Assembly (NCBI GenBank): GCA_017546505.1
Contig: JAFYWV010000031.1
Location: forward strand, 9,871 to 73,870
Direction: 5' to 3'
DNA length: 64,000 nucleotides
Source of the DNA: Bacteroidaceae bacterium
GTDB lineage: Bacteria > Bacteroidota > Bacteroidia > Bacteroidales > Bacteroidaceae
Part shown: positions 45,905 through 54,828 of the stretch, in pieces
Position numbering within the stretch: position 1 is the first letter of the stretch
How the letters are laid out: each line of letters opens with the position of its first letter
Notes under the pieces: generated by a model
The model's input: only the letters and a program-made list of their open reading frames with translations
Told to the model about the DNA's origin: nothing
Databases searched by the model: none
Translations under genes and position numbers: made by a program

Positions 45905-47251
45905 ATGAAAAAGTTGGTTCTGTTTTTATTGTTGTCAACGCCTCTACTTGCACTTGCACAGGTCGACGATATGTATTTTGTGCCTAAGAAGGAGAAAAAG
46001 GCGGTTGTTGTGAAAAGTGTCGAGGAGGTGTATATTGTTGACGACGATAATATCGTTTTAGAGGATGCCGATGAGATGGACTACGTTGAGGATGTGCAGG
46101 AGTCCTATTATACAAACGACCTCTATGATGTTGTAGATGATTATACATATTCTAACCGTATCATCCGTTTCCAATCACCGCGCAGATTACTCAGCAGCAA
46201 TATCTATTGGGATTTAAAATACGATTGCGGCATAAATGATTGGTTTGTCTACGATAATGGCTACACAGTATATGTCTATCCCACAGCCAATAACCCCTAT
46301 TACTATTATCCCCGCTACTACAGCAGTATGAATATATGGAACTGGAATTCGTTATATAGTTGGGATTATCCTTATTACAGGAATAGTTGGTATGGTGGGT
46401 ATAACCACCATTGGAATTATCCTTATTGGAGTCATACGGCATTGCACTCACCAAGCAGACCATCGTACCGTAAAGATATTCCAACAAACGGTTCTGTAAC
46501 AAGACCCCGCCGTGAACAACCGGTTCGAACCACTGTCGGTAGCACCAATGCACGTCGTGAACAGCCGGTTCGCAACACTATTGGCAACCTCAATCCCCGC
46601 CGTGAACAGCCGGTACGTGCCACTGTCGGCAACACCACTCCTCGTCGTGAACAGCCGGTGCGCAACACTATTGGCAACCTCAATCCCCGCCGTGAACAGC
46701 CGGTTCGAACCACTGTCGGTAGCACCACTCCCCGTCGTGAGCAACAGGTTCGTACATCTGTCGGTAGCACCAATGCACGCCGTGAACAACAGGTTCGCAC
46801 ATCTGTCGGTAGCACCAATGCACGTCGTGAGCAACAGGTTCGTACATCAGTCGGTAGCACCAATGCACGCCGTGAACAACAGGTTCGTACATCTGTCGGT
46901 AGCACCAATGCACGTCGTGAGCAACAGGTTCGTACATCTGTGAACAGCAGTAATGTTAAACGTAATTCATCTTCAAATGCAAATGGTGCCGCAGTACGTC
47001 GTGGCGAGAGCAGTCGTTCAAGTAACACATCCGGCGGATACAGTCGTCCAAGCAGTACCAGCGTGTCACGTTCGGGAAGTAGCAGTAGTTCTGGAGCAAG
47101 CTATCGTTCTAATTCCGGTGGCAGTAGTTCCCGTAGCAGTGGCGGCGGCAGTTCCCGTAGCAGCAGTGGCGGCGGCAGTTCCCGTAGCAGCAGTGGCGGC
47201 GGTGGCCGTAGCAGTGGTGGCGGTGGTCGTAGCGGTGGCTCACGAAGATAA
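45905..47251 (+). CDS. Secreted low-complexity protein: acidic N-terminus, Tyr/Trp/Asn-rich segment, 10 x 15-aa RREQ(P/Q)VR repeats, Ser/Gly/Arg tail
   Basis: 448 aa. Signal peptide MKKLVLFLLLSTPLLALAQ followed by VDDMYF. The aromatic-rich segment is NNPYYYYPRYYSSMNIWNWNSLYSWDYPYYRNSWYGGYNHHWNYPYW. Differences between repeat copies are synonymous, which argues that the repeats are translated. Confidence 0.75.
   Translation: MKKLVLFLLLSTPLLALAQVDDMYFVPKKEKKAVVVKSVEEVYIVDDDNIVLEDADEMDYVEDVQESYYTNDLYDVVDDYTYSNRIIRFQSPRRLLSSNIYWDLKYDCGINDWFVYDNGYTVYVYPTANNPYYYYPRYYSSMNIWNWNSLYSWDYPYYRNSWYGGYNHHWNYPYWSHTALHSPSRPSYRKDIPTNGSVTRPRREQPVRTTVGSTNARREQPVRNTIGNLNPRREQPVRATVGNTTPRREQPVRNTIGNLNPRREQPVRTTVGSTTPRREQQVRTSVGSTNARREQQVRTSVGSTNARREQQVRTSVGSTNARREQQVRTSVGSTNARREQQVRTSVNSSNVKRNSSSNANGAAVRRGESSRSSNTSGGYSRPSSTSVSRSGSSSSSGASYRSNSGGSSSRSSGGGSSRSSSGGGSSRSSSGGGGRSSGGGGRSGGSRR
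46508..46957 (+). repeat. In-frame 45-bp tandem repeat x10 (15-aa unit RREQPVRTTVGSTNA and variants); the last 5 copies alternate as a 90-bp higher-order unit
   Basis: Units start at 46508 + 45k. Copies 6-10 alternate cgtcgtgag / cgccgtgaa codons while encoding the identical peptide. All six frames are open here, which explains the stacked spurious ORFs in the track. Confidence 0.9.
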
Positions 47252-47338
47252 AGTGAAAACTTCATTGCAATGTTGTTTGAATTTTAGTAAACTATACGAT
47301 TTATAACAGCAACACAAACACTAAATAAAGATATTACT

Positions 47339-48853
47339 ATGAAACGCTTTTTATATATCCTATTATTATTGCCATTTGGAGTAGCTGCCCAAAATATGTA
47401 CAATGTATCATCATTGCTTGAGAATGGGCTTATAGGAACAGCACGCTATGTGGGTATGGGCGGTGCTATGAGTGCTTTGGGTGCAGACCTGTCTACTATG
47501 GGTACAAATCCGGCTGGTATGGCTCTGTTCCGCAGCAGTGACGTCGCTTTTACGATGGGGCTTGACTTGAAATCTAATGAAGCTACATACGAGGGTACTA
47601 CCCTCAAGAGCAAGGATGCCGGTTTCTTTGTGGGAAACACCTCTTTTGTCTTCTCATTAGAGGGCAATGGAGACAAACTCAAATTCCTGAATTTGGGTAT
47701 AGGATACCGTCGCAAGAATAATCTTTCCAATACCTTCGAAATGTATGGAGCATCCAATGGCTATTCTCAGCAATATATCATAGACAATCTTTATAGGGCT
47801 GAAGGATTTGACTATACCGACCCAAGAGGATGGATGTACAAGGATTTTGCATATAGCTGGTTGACATTGCTTGCTGCCGAGGCTTATTTGGGCGACTCTG
47901 ACGGTAACTTCCTGACTTACCCCGATACAACTCTTGTTTGGTATCCCAATGAGCTTGGTTATTACGAAGAGATGCGTGGTGGAGTGAATGTCGTCGATTT
48001 CAATATCTCGGCAAATATAGACGACCGTCTCTATCTGGGTGCAACAATCGGTTTCTCCTTGGTCGATTATAACCGTTACAGCGAGTATCGCGAGGTTGAT
48101 GACTATGGCGATATATATGTGCTCGAGAACAATAAGAATCTGACAGGAAGAGGACTGGACTTTAAATTGGGTCTTATTTGTCGTCCGTTCAAATATTCTC
48201 CGTTCAAAATCGGATTTTCTGTTCACACTCCAACCTGGTACGACCTTAACGAGCACAGTTCTGCAACCATCACCGACCCTGATGGAAGACGTTTCTCTAC
48301 CACCGATGCCCAGCTGTATAACGATATGCTCTCGGTAAAAAGCAGATTAAGGAGTCCTTGGCGTTTTAATGCTTCAATGTCCTACACTTTTGGTACGTAC
48401 CTTGCACTTGATGCCGAGTATGAATATGCCGATTATCGGAAATCTCAGTTTATGGGTCGTGGCGATGTCGAAAAGTGTCAGAATACCGAGTTTGGATATA
48501 ATATGGAGGCGCAGCACATTGTGCGTGCCGGTGCCGAGCTCAATATAGACGGTTTTGCATTGCGTGCAGGCTACAACTATCTCTCTGCACCTTTCAAAAA
48601 GAGTGCATACAAGGATTTGTATAATGCAGCCATAACAGAGACATCGACCGAGTATATGAACTATTTCGACAAGAATGTTGTGACTCTGGGCTGTGGATGG
48701 CGTAAAGGTCCTTTCTATTTGGATTTGGCTTATATGCTTGAGATGCAGAATTCCGAGTTCTATCCTTTTGATGATTATCCTTATAGAAATCCCAGTGCAA
48801 CGGTGAAACATACAAACCACTCGGTTATTGCAACAGTTGGTATGCGTTTCTAA
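47339..48853 (+). CDS. FadL/OmpP1-like outer-membrane beta-barrel protein
   Basis: 504 aa. Signal peptide MKRFLYILLLLPFGVAAQ. The N-terminal hatch-like motif is GTARYVGMGGAMSALGADLSTMGTNPAGMA (includes NPA). Alternating beta pattern with a C-terminal aromatic residue (VGMRF). There is no terminator between it and the upstream repeat-protein gene. Confidence 0.6.
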   Translation: MKRFLYILLLLPFGVAAQNMYNVSSLLENGLIGTARYVGMGGAMSALGADLSTMGTNPAGMALFRSSDVAFTMGLDLKSNEATYEGTTLKSKDAGFFVGNTSFVFSLEGNGDKLKFLNLGIGYRRKNNLSNTFEMYGASNGYSQQYIIDNLYRAEGFDYTDPRGWMYKDFAYSWLTLLAAEAYLGDSDGNFLTYPDTTLVWYPNELGYYEEMRGGVNVVDFNISANIDDRLYLGATIGFSLVDYNRYSEYREVDDYGDIYVLENNKNLTGRGLDFKLGLICRPFKYSPFKIGFSVHTPTWYDLNEHSSATITDPDGRRFSTTDAQLYNDMLSVKSRLRSPWRFNASMSYTFGTYLALDAEYEYADYRKSQFMGRGDVEKCQNTEFGYNMEAQHIVRAGAELNIDGFALRAGYNYLSAPFKKSAYKDLYNAAITETSTEYMNYFDKNVVTLGCGWRKGPFYLDLAYMLEMQNSEFYPFDDYPYRNPSATVKHTNHSVIATVGMRF

Positions 48854-48881
48854 ATAATGACTCTCTTGATGATATATGTAT

Positions 48882-48909
48882 GGCGGGCAATCTTTTTTGG
48901 TTGCCCGCC
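48882..48909. terminator. Bidirectional terminator between convergent genes
   Basis: 9-bp GC-rich stem ggcgggcaa / ttgcccgcc with loop tcttttttgg, followed by tgttttatttc. Confidence 0.65.
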
Positions 48910-48913
48910 TGTT

Positions 48914-50023
48914 TTATTTCTTTTTCCAGAAATAAAATCCTATAAATGTTTTCAATGTTCCAAAACCATTTATCACGGCCAATGTTTTCTCCTTGTAATA
49001 ATATGAGTATCCTACCAGTGAAATACCTGCATAATATTTACCGTTGTTATACACCATTGCAGCCCGTGTGGAGAGGTCGAAATTTATTCCTGAGTGCAAC
49101 CTGTCTCTTTCGGTTTTTTCAATCAATATGTGCTTATACCCCACAGACGGTGTCAAGGCAATGTTTGCAAGGAAATTGCGTGCAAACACCCAGTTGTACG
49201 AGTAACCGAGGTTGATGCAGAAGTTGTTGTATCTGATATTGTTGAATTTGAGTTCCTCTTTTAGTTGCAACTCTATTTCCGGGTCGAGGCAGTTATGGTC
49301 AAATGTGAGCTCCTGCCGGTTATATCCCGCACCCAGGATGAAAGAGCCCGCGCTCGCTCGTTGAATGGTTGATTGACGGTATGCTGCAGGGTAGGAGAAA
49401 CGCTTGTTGAACACATAGTACAGGTTAAAACCAATCTGCTTTATCGCCAGCCCGTCGAATTTCTTGTTGTTGTTTTCTATTGGTCTGTCGTTGTTGTAAA
49501 AACCTTTCAGGTTCTTTATTTTATATTCTTCGTTGCTCTTGCGATAGAACAGGTCAAGCCCAACTCTTGGCGACAGGAGGCTTAATTTTATATCTTTCTC
49601 AGGTTTACTCTTCTGAAAGTCTATGCCATATCCTAGTATAATCCATCTCCATCCGATGTTGAACGTTAATTTGTTATAGCTGTCCGGGGCAATTCTCAGG
49701 CTCTGTCTTTGCCTGCCTGTTGTGCTGAAGCTATAGTGTTCATAATTGAATGAATGCTCCGGCATAATGGTCATATTGTACAAATTGTCTGCCACATACG
49801 TTGTGTCAATTGTATTGAGCAGGCGGTCTACAAAGTCAACGGTCTTGAGGGTGAATTTCTTTATTTTGTCTATTCCGTTTCTTTTTTTAGGCGCATCCTC
49901 GGTCTCGATACCAACCTTGCTGTCAGCAATAGTCTGTGCTGCAGTCTCAATAGAAAACAGCAGAGCAATAATTGTTATTACTGCTCCAAACTTTAAAACA
50001 TTACAGCTGCGTTTTTTCTCCAT
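48914..50023 (-). CDS. Predicted outer-membrane beta-barrel protein (DUF4421-like)
   Basis: The ATG at 50023 lies 1 nt after the upstream stop; the track start at 50041 is TTG. It has a signal-anchor, alternating Tyr/Phe-rich strands and a C-terminal FIGFYFWKKK. The family name is from memory only. Confidence 0.45.
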   Translation of the reverse strand: MEKKRSCNVLKFGAVITIIALLFSIETAAQTIADSKVGIETEDAPKKRNGIDKIKKFTLKTVDFVDRLLNTIDTTYVADNLYNMTIMPEHSFNYEHYSFSTTGRQRQSLRIAPDSYNKLTFNIGWRWIILGYGIDFQKSKPEKDIKLSLLSPRVGLDLFYRKSNEEYKIKNLKGFYNNDRPIENNNKKFDGLAIKQIGFNLYYVFNKRFSYPAAYRQSTIQRASAGSFILGAGYNRQELTFDHNCLDPEIELQLKEELKFNNIRYNNFCINLGYSYNWVFARNFLANIALTPSVGYKHILIEKTERDRLHSGINFDLSTRAAMVYNNGKYYAGISLVGYSYYYKEKTLAVINGFGTLKTFIGFYFWKKK

Positions 50024-50024
50024 T

Positions 50025-51005
50025 TCAGATGATTTTGCCAAGTATCTTGTCTAAAACCCAATTTGTGGGTGTCGCGCTGACACTGTCGCAACTGCAGTGC
50101 CCCTTGCGCTGTATGTGCTCAACAATGTTACGTATGAGCGGCAATTGCACGTATGGCGGGTTGGGGATGTTGAACTGCCTTGTACCCTCAACAGTGCGCA
50201 GTTCTATAGGCTCGAACGTGAAAACCGAGAACTTGATGCAACCTTTGCTGCCGAAAATCTCAATGTGGTCCTCTCTTGACGACTCGTCCGAGACAAAACA
50301 CCACGAGCCCGAGCCCGGAATGCCGTTCTCGAACTTGAAACAGGCACTGACGGTGTCCTCGGCTTTGTACAACTTGCCTCTGTTGGTGCTGTATCCCTCG
50401 GCATATAGTATGCAGCCAAACATATCCTGCAACAAATCAATCTGGTGTGGCGCAAGGTCATAGAAGTATCCGCCGCCGGCAATGTCCGGGTTCACTCGCC
50501 AGGGTAGGTTCTCGCGGTTGTAGTCAAGGTCGCGTGGCGGCACGGCAAAACGTATCTGTACGTTCAGAACATTGCCAATCTGTGGCAACAGCTCTTTGAC
50601 TTTTTGAAAATAGGGCAGATAGCGGCGGTAGTATGCTACAAAACAGGGTACTCCGCTCTCTCTTGATACTCTGTTTATGCGTGTACAATCCTCATAGTTT
50701 GCAGCAAGCGGTTTTTCAACATATACCGGCTTGCCTGCCTTCATTGCCATTATGGCGAATGTGGCGTGCGAGGATGGCGGAGTTGCAATGTATATGGCGT
50801 TCACCTCCGGGTCGTCGATGAGAGCCTGTGCATCGGTGTACCAGTGTGGAATGTTATGGCGTTTGGCATACTCCTTGGTCTTCTCCTTGTCGCGTCCCAT
50901 AACGGCAACGACTTCAGAGCCTTTTATCAGCGGAAAAGCAGGGCCACTCTTCTTCTCGGTAGCCTCGCCACACCCTATAAAACCCCATTTGACGGTGATG
51001 TTCAT
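50025..51005 (-). CDS. Gfo/Idh/MocA family NAD(P)-dependent oxidoreductase
   Basis: 326 aa with Rossmann motif WGFIGCGEATEKK, IYIATPPSSH and the EKP motif (VYVEKPLA). Confidence 0.85.
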   Translation of the reverse strand: MNITVKWGFIGCGEATEKKSGPAFPLIKGSEVVAVMGRDKEKTKEYAKRHNIPHWYTDAQALIDDPEVNAIYIATPPSSHATFAIMAMKAGKPVYVEKPLAANYEDCTRINRVSRESGVPCFVAYYRRYLPYFQKVKELLPQIGNVLNVQIRFAVPPRDLDYNRENLPWRVNPDIAGGGYFYDLAPHQIDLLQDMFGCILYAEGYSTNRGKLYKAEDTVSACFKFENGIPGSGSWCFVSDESSREDHIEIFGSKGCIKFSVFTFEPIELRTVEGTRQFNIPNPPYVQLPLIRNIVEHIQRKGHCSCDSVSATPTNWVLDKILGKII

Positions 51006-51018
51006 CGTTGGTTTGTGT

Positions 51019-53151
51019 TTAGTTGTAGAAATTGCACGACAGACCGAACCACAAAACCGATGGTGTCAGCGGATGGTGCGGAGTGAGGAAATAGTTGCTC
51101 TTGCCAAGACCTTTGTTCACGTGGTAATATTTAACGTAGAAACGTGTCTTTTTCAACAAGAAGTTAGCATATACGCTTGCAACAGGGTAATTTCCAATCT
51201 TTATCTTGTCTGCCTGATTCTGTTGCACAAACTGGCCCAAAGCCGGCATATATTCAGGTGCATAGTAGCTTGTGAAATACCACGCATCTGCTCCTAACTC
51301 GGTGTGTAGAACCTTTGCAATCGTGAACTTGAGGTAAAAATTAGCGTATGCATTGAGGTGGGGTAGCGGCAACACTCTCTGGTTGCTGCTGTGCTGGTAT
51401 GTGACTTCTGTGTTCAGATTGAATATCTTGTATTTGAAGTCCTGCTTCAGCGATGCGGCAAACACCTGTATGCTTTTCGTCTCCTGTTCCACATTGAAAC
51501 GGTTAAGATAGTCTTTGCCATTTGGCGCAAGGATAGAGTGGTTTGCGATGTAAGTGTAATTCTTTACATTTTCGAATTTTACATCAAGTTTTGTTCTTGT
51601 GAAAGGAACTTCAATACTTCCCTCTATTCTTGTCCTGAACTCTTTGGCAAGGTCATTGTCCCACCAGAAATGCTCCGAGTGGTAGTGGCGGTAGAAGAAC
51701 GATGGGCGGTTGTTCTTTATGAAAGCCTTTGCCGATACGTTGAAATCTCTTTTCCGCAGTTTGAAGTTGCAGTCTATGCCACCGTCTATCGAGAATGCTC
51801 CAAGCTCTTCGCCTATGATGGCTGTTGCTCCCCCGGCGTGGTAACGCAGATGCTTGCCTCGTGTGCTCGAAATCTCTCCGCCAACAAAAAGTGAATGCTC
51901 GTTATAGTTCTTTTCGTATTCGGGCGACGGAGCACCGGTAATGGTATCGGGGAGTCTGTAACGGTCATATTTATACTCGGCAAATGCAGTGATGTTTGCG
52001 AACGCCCATTTTCTGAACCCTTCGCAGAGCGACAACGACACCCTGTTGTTTATCGAAAGGTCGTTTGCATCATCTACCGAGTCGTGAGGGAGATAAGTGT
52101 CGGCATAGTAGTTGTTCGGCAGCCTGTGATTAATGTACTGATGACGCAGGAACATAACATCGGCAGTGTGAGTCAGGCGTGCAACGCTTACGAATTCCGG
52201 AGCAACACTCCCCTCATTTTCCTCAATGACCGGCATTGTTTTTGTCATAGCCTTTATGCTGTCCGATGCCACATTTGTTGTATCAGCACTCTTGCTCTCA
52301 TTGTTGCGGTAATATCCCCAGTTGTAATTGTGTGTGAAGAATATGTCGTAGACCTCGTTTCTGCTCCAGGTGGCATCCAGCTTCACCGGTATATCGGCTG
52401 TTCCCATATTGCTTCCTCCTCCGTCCGTGTCTTCGGGGCGGGTAATGTAACGGTCGTCTGTTATACCGCCGTTCTCACGCTGCTTCATACGGTAGCGGCT
52501 TGCCAACAGATGGTAGTTGTACTTGTCGCTTTTGTAGAAAGAGAAGAGAGAGAAGTTTATCTGTGATGTCGACTGTTTGTCGTAACGGCCTCTGCCATAG
52601 AGGTAGTCGAAAAGGAAACCCACACCAAAGTGTTTGCCTGCATTGGTCGTGAAGTATGCCCTGAAACGGTCATCACCGTCAACTTTGTTGCCCGAAGAGT
52701 GATAGCTGAGGTTTGTGTAGGGCGATTTTGTATCGGTGAAGATGAATCTGTCCGGGGTAATGAAGAAATAGTCAAAGGGTTGCAGAAAATCGAATGTAGT
52801 GCTTGTGGGGCGGTTGAAGTATATTCTGCTTTCTCGTGGTGTTCCCATATTGCCCAAGTGGTTGTACTCGCCGTTCACACCCTCGGTGAGATGCCAGTTC
52901 TGGAACATAAATTGCAGAGTGTCGGCATTTATCTCAATTCTGTTGCCTAGTTTGCGGTCTATCTTCCATTGGTGTATCTCCTTTGGTACAACAACATCAC
53001 TCTTTGTGCTGTCCTTGGGATGCTCCTTGAATGGGTTGAACACCTCGCCGTGTCCCAAGCCGCCACTGCTTTCTGTGTTCTGCTTGAAATTCTGTCCATT
53101 TGCAATGGTCGACACTGCAAAAAGCATCAGGTATAATATTCTCTTTACCAT
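51019..53151 (-). CDS. Large outer-membrane protein of the Bacteroidetes 'putative porin' family
   Basis: 710 aa with a signal peptide. It has TDTKSPYTNLSYHSSGNKVDGDDRFRAYFT and many Tyr/Asn-rich strands, ending FGLSCNFYN. Confidence 0.65.
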   Translation of the reverse strand: MVKRILYLMLFAVSTIANGQNFKQNTESSGGLGHGEVFNPFKEHPKDSTKSDVVVPKEIHQWKIDRKLGNRIEINADTLQFMFQNWHLTEGVNGEYNHLGNMGTPRESRIYFNRPTSTTFDFLQPFDYFFITPDRFIFTDTKSPYTNLSYHSSGNKVDGDDRFRAYFTTNAGKHFGVGFLFDYLYGRGRYDKQSTSQINFSLFSFYKSDKYNYHLLASRYRMKQRENGGITDDRYITRPEDTDGGGSNMGTADIPVKLDATWSRNEVYDIFFTHNYNWGYYRNNESKSADTTNVASDSIKAMTKTMPVIEENEGSVAPEFVSVARLTHTADVMFLRHQYINHRLPNNYYADTYLPHDSVDDANDLSINNRVSLSLCEGFRKWAFANITAFAEYKYDRYRLPDTITGAPSPEYEKNYNEHSLFVGGEISSTRGKHLRYHAGGATAIIGEELGAFSIDGGIDCNFKLRKRDFNVSAKAFIKNNRPSFFYRHYHSEHFWWDNDLAKEFRTRIEGSIEVPFTRTKLDVKFENVKNYTYIANHSILAPNGKDYLNRFNVEQETKSIQVFAASLKQDFKYKIFNLNTEVTYQHSSNQRVLPLPHLNAYANFYLKFTIAKVLHTELGADAWYFTSYYAPEYMPALGQFVQQNQADKIKIGNYPVASVYANFLLKKTRFYVKYYHVNKGLGKSNYFLTPHHPLTPSVLWFGLSCNFYN

Positions 53152-53160
53152 TGCTTGTCT

Positions 53161-53331
53161 TTAGTTTACAAAACGGAGGATGAACTCCATTATCTTGAAT
53201 GCCATAGCAACCAATCCTGCAATCTTGAAAGCATTGCCGTCGCCGTTGAGCATAAATAGTACAAAAGTCACCGCTGCCCCAATAAGGAACAGGGTGTTTA
53301 GTACAAATCTTATCTTGTCTACAGCTCTCAT
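53161..53331 (-). CDS. Unannotated small membrane protein (56 aa, 2 TM)
   Basis: Below the ORF-track size cutoff. My translation is MRAVDKIRFVLNTLFLIGAAVTFVLFMLNGDGNAFKIAGLVAMAFKIMEFILRFVN. Its ATG overlaps the upstream TGA (ATGA), and its stop lies 9 nt before the porin start. Confidence 0.5.
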   Translation of the reverse strand: MRAVDKIRFVLNTLFLIGAAVTFVLFMLNGDGNAFKIAGLVAMAFKIMEFILRFVN

Positions 53332-53927
53332 TTGTTCAAAGCTTGTGTCAGTTCATTTATCAGTTGCTCTTTCAGGTCTATTGTCTTACGACGGAACTTC
53401 CCCTCGAACCTCTTCATCTTGCCTTTCTTGTTGAAGCTGTTGTCGTCGGTAATCCAATCTTCTGCAATCATTTTTATGCCGCCTTTGTCATCTTCGTCGT
53501 CATACCAATATGTTATGCGTGATAGGTTGAATCTGCAGTTCCCATCGCTGGCTGTCAGTGTCAGGTAGTAGTACATTCTGGCTCTGCTCAAAACAAGGAA
53601 TGTGTTTCTGAAAACAATGTACTCCTCGCCCTTTATGATGGTTGTATTGGGCTTTTCGCTTTCAAAACGTTTGACCGAAATTACCGTGGGTTTCACGTAG
53701 CGTTCGGCAATCCATTTGTTGGCCTTTTCCTCAATCTGTTTTGCCGTGAGTCCTTTTACCTCGATATCTGTTTCAAAGGTTACTTTTCCGTTTATCACAG
53801 GGATTTTTCCCATTCCGTATGTCTGGCTAGTTGCAGTCTCGTCTTTTGTTTTTTTCTTTATGAGCTGCGCTTCTGCTCCGGCAGTCGTCAATATTGCCAA
53901 AATAAGTGTAAATAATATCTTTCTCAT
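53328..53927 (-). CDS. DUF4468-like secreted protein
   Basis: 199 aa. Signal peptide MRKILFTLILAILTTAGAEAQ, with the YYLTLTASDGNCRFNLSRITYWYDDEDD pattern. Confidence 0.6.
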   Translation of the reverse strand: MRKILFTLILAILTTAGAEAQLIKKKTKDETATSQTYGMGKIPVINGKVTFETDIEVKGLTAKQIEEKANKWIAERYVKPTVISVKRFESEKPNTTIIKGEEYIVFRNTFLVLSRARMYYYLTLTASDGNCRFNLSRITYWYDDEDDKGGIKMIAEDWITDDNSFNKKGKMKRFEGKFRRKTIDLKEQLINELTQALNK

Positions 53928-53951
53928 AAAACAGGTGTGCTTTTAACCTTG

Positions 53952-53959
53952 CGAAGATA
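53952..53959 (-). promoter_or_regulatory. -7 promoter box variant TAtcTTCG upstream of the DUF4468 operon
   Basis: The minus strand reads gtatTATCTTCGcaagg, 25 nt upstream of the ATG at 53927. Confidence 0.35.
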
Positions 53960-54171
53960 ATACAAAAGTAAAAAGAATGCAAGAAAAAAGCGTCTATCTC
54001 GTGGCGCCTCGGCTCTTATACTCCGTTAAAAACTCCATAATGGCTTTCGGTGGTGAGAGTTGCTGTAAAAATGTCGGCTTATTTTTGTGTTTTCTGTCAA
54101 CCTGTATTACTTTTGCATTGAAATGTGTATGCCATATCGTGTGGTGTGCTGCTTGAAAATGAGAATTTGTT

Positions 54172-54828
54172 ATGAGTATGGAAGATACAGGGCAAGAGCC
54201 GAAAAAGAAAACCACAAAGAGAAGCAAGAAAAAAGCTAAGGTCACATTCAAAAAGAGAGTTCGGGTTGTTCTCCTGAACCTGTTGGCTATGGCAGCAGTG
54301 CTTGTTGCATTGCCCTATTTCGTATTGCTGTGGGTTGACGATTATACAAATCACGGCGAGACGAATGCAGTGCCCGATGTTTGCGGTGTCCGGCTTGACG
54401 AGGCTGTTGCTGTTCTCAGCAGCAATAAATTGGAATATGCGGTCGTTGAACGCCGTTACAAGGCTAATGCGGCCGAGGATGAGGTGCTGATGCAATACCC
54501 CTCGGCCGGTTCACTGGTGAAAGAGGGGCGCAAGGTGGGCCTTGTCCTCAATACAGTCGTGAGGCCTAAACGCTCTGTCCCTGCAGTGATAGACAATCGT
54601 ACATACCGTGAGGCCGAGTCTCACATCAAGGCTGCAGGTTTTGTAATTGAGGCTATCGACACCGTTCCCGGCGAAAAGGATTGGGTCTATGAGTTGCGCT
54701 ACAATGGTAGGTTGCTGTCGAACGGTGAGGCAATACCTCAGGGAGCATCGTTGAAGGTGGTCATTGGCAGTGGTGAACCGTTTATCGACGAGAGTAATCC
54801 TGTGTTCGATTCTAATTTTGATATTTGA
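54172..54828 (+). CDS. PASTA-domain membrane-anchored protein
   Basis: 218 aa. A basic N-terminus and one TM helix are followed by three PASTA-like units (VPDVCGVRLDEA, VPAVIDNRTYREA, ...KVVIGSG). Confidence 0.8.
   Translation: MSMEDTGQEPKKKTTKRSKKKAKVTFKKRVRVVLLNLLAMAAVLVALPYFVLLWVDDYTNHGETNAVPDVCGVRLDEAVAVLSSNKLEYAVVERRYKANAAEDEVLMQYPSAGSLVKEGRKVGLVLNTVVRPKRSVPAVIDNRTYREAESHIKAAGFVIEAIDTVPGEKDWVYELRYNGRLLSNGEAIPQGASLKVVIGSGEPFIDESNPVFDSNFDI

Noticed and set aside
46432-47028. Stack of 85-198 aa ORFs on both strands (46432-47028 -, 46448-46834 -, 46512-46943 +, 46680-46937 -)
   Set aside because: All fall within the 45-bp in-frame repeat of the 45905-47251 gene, where every frame lacks stops. 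Only the plus frame is continuous with a signal peptide and shows synonymous-only variation between copies.
53180-53434. 84-aa plus-strand ORF
   Set aside because: It lies opposite a minus-strand 56-aa ORF that is translationally coupled (ATGA overlap) to its neighbours and encodes two clean TM helices. The plus-strand product has no supporting features.
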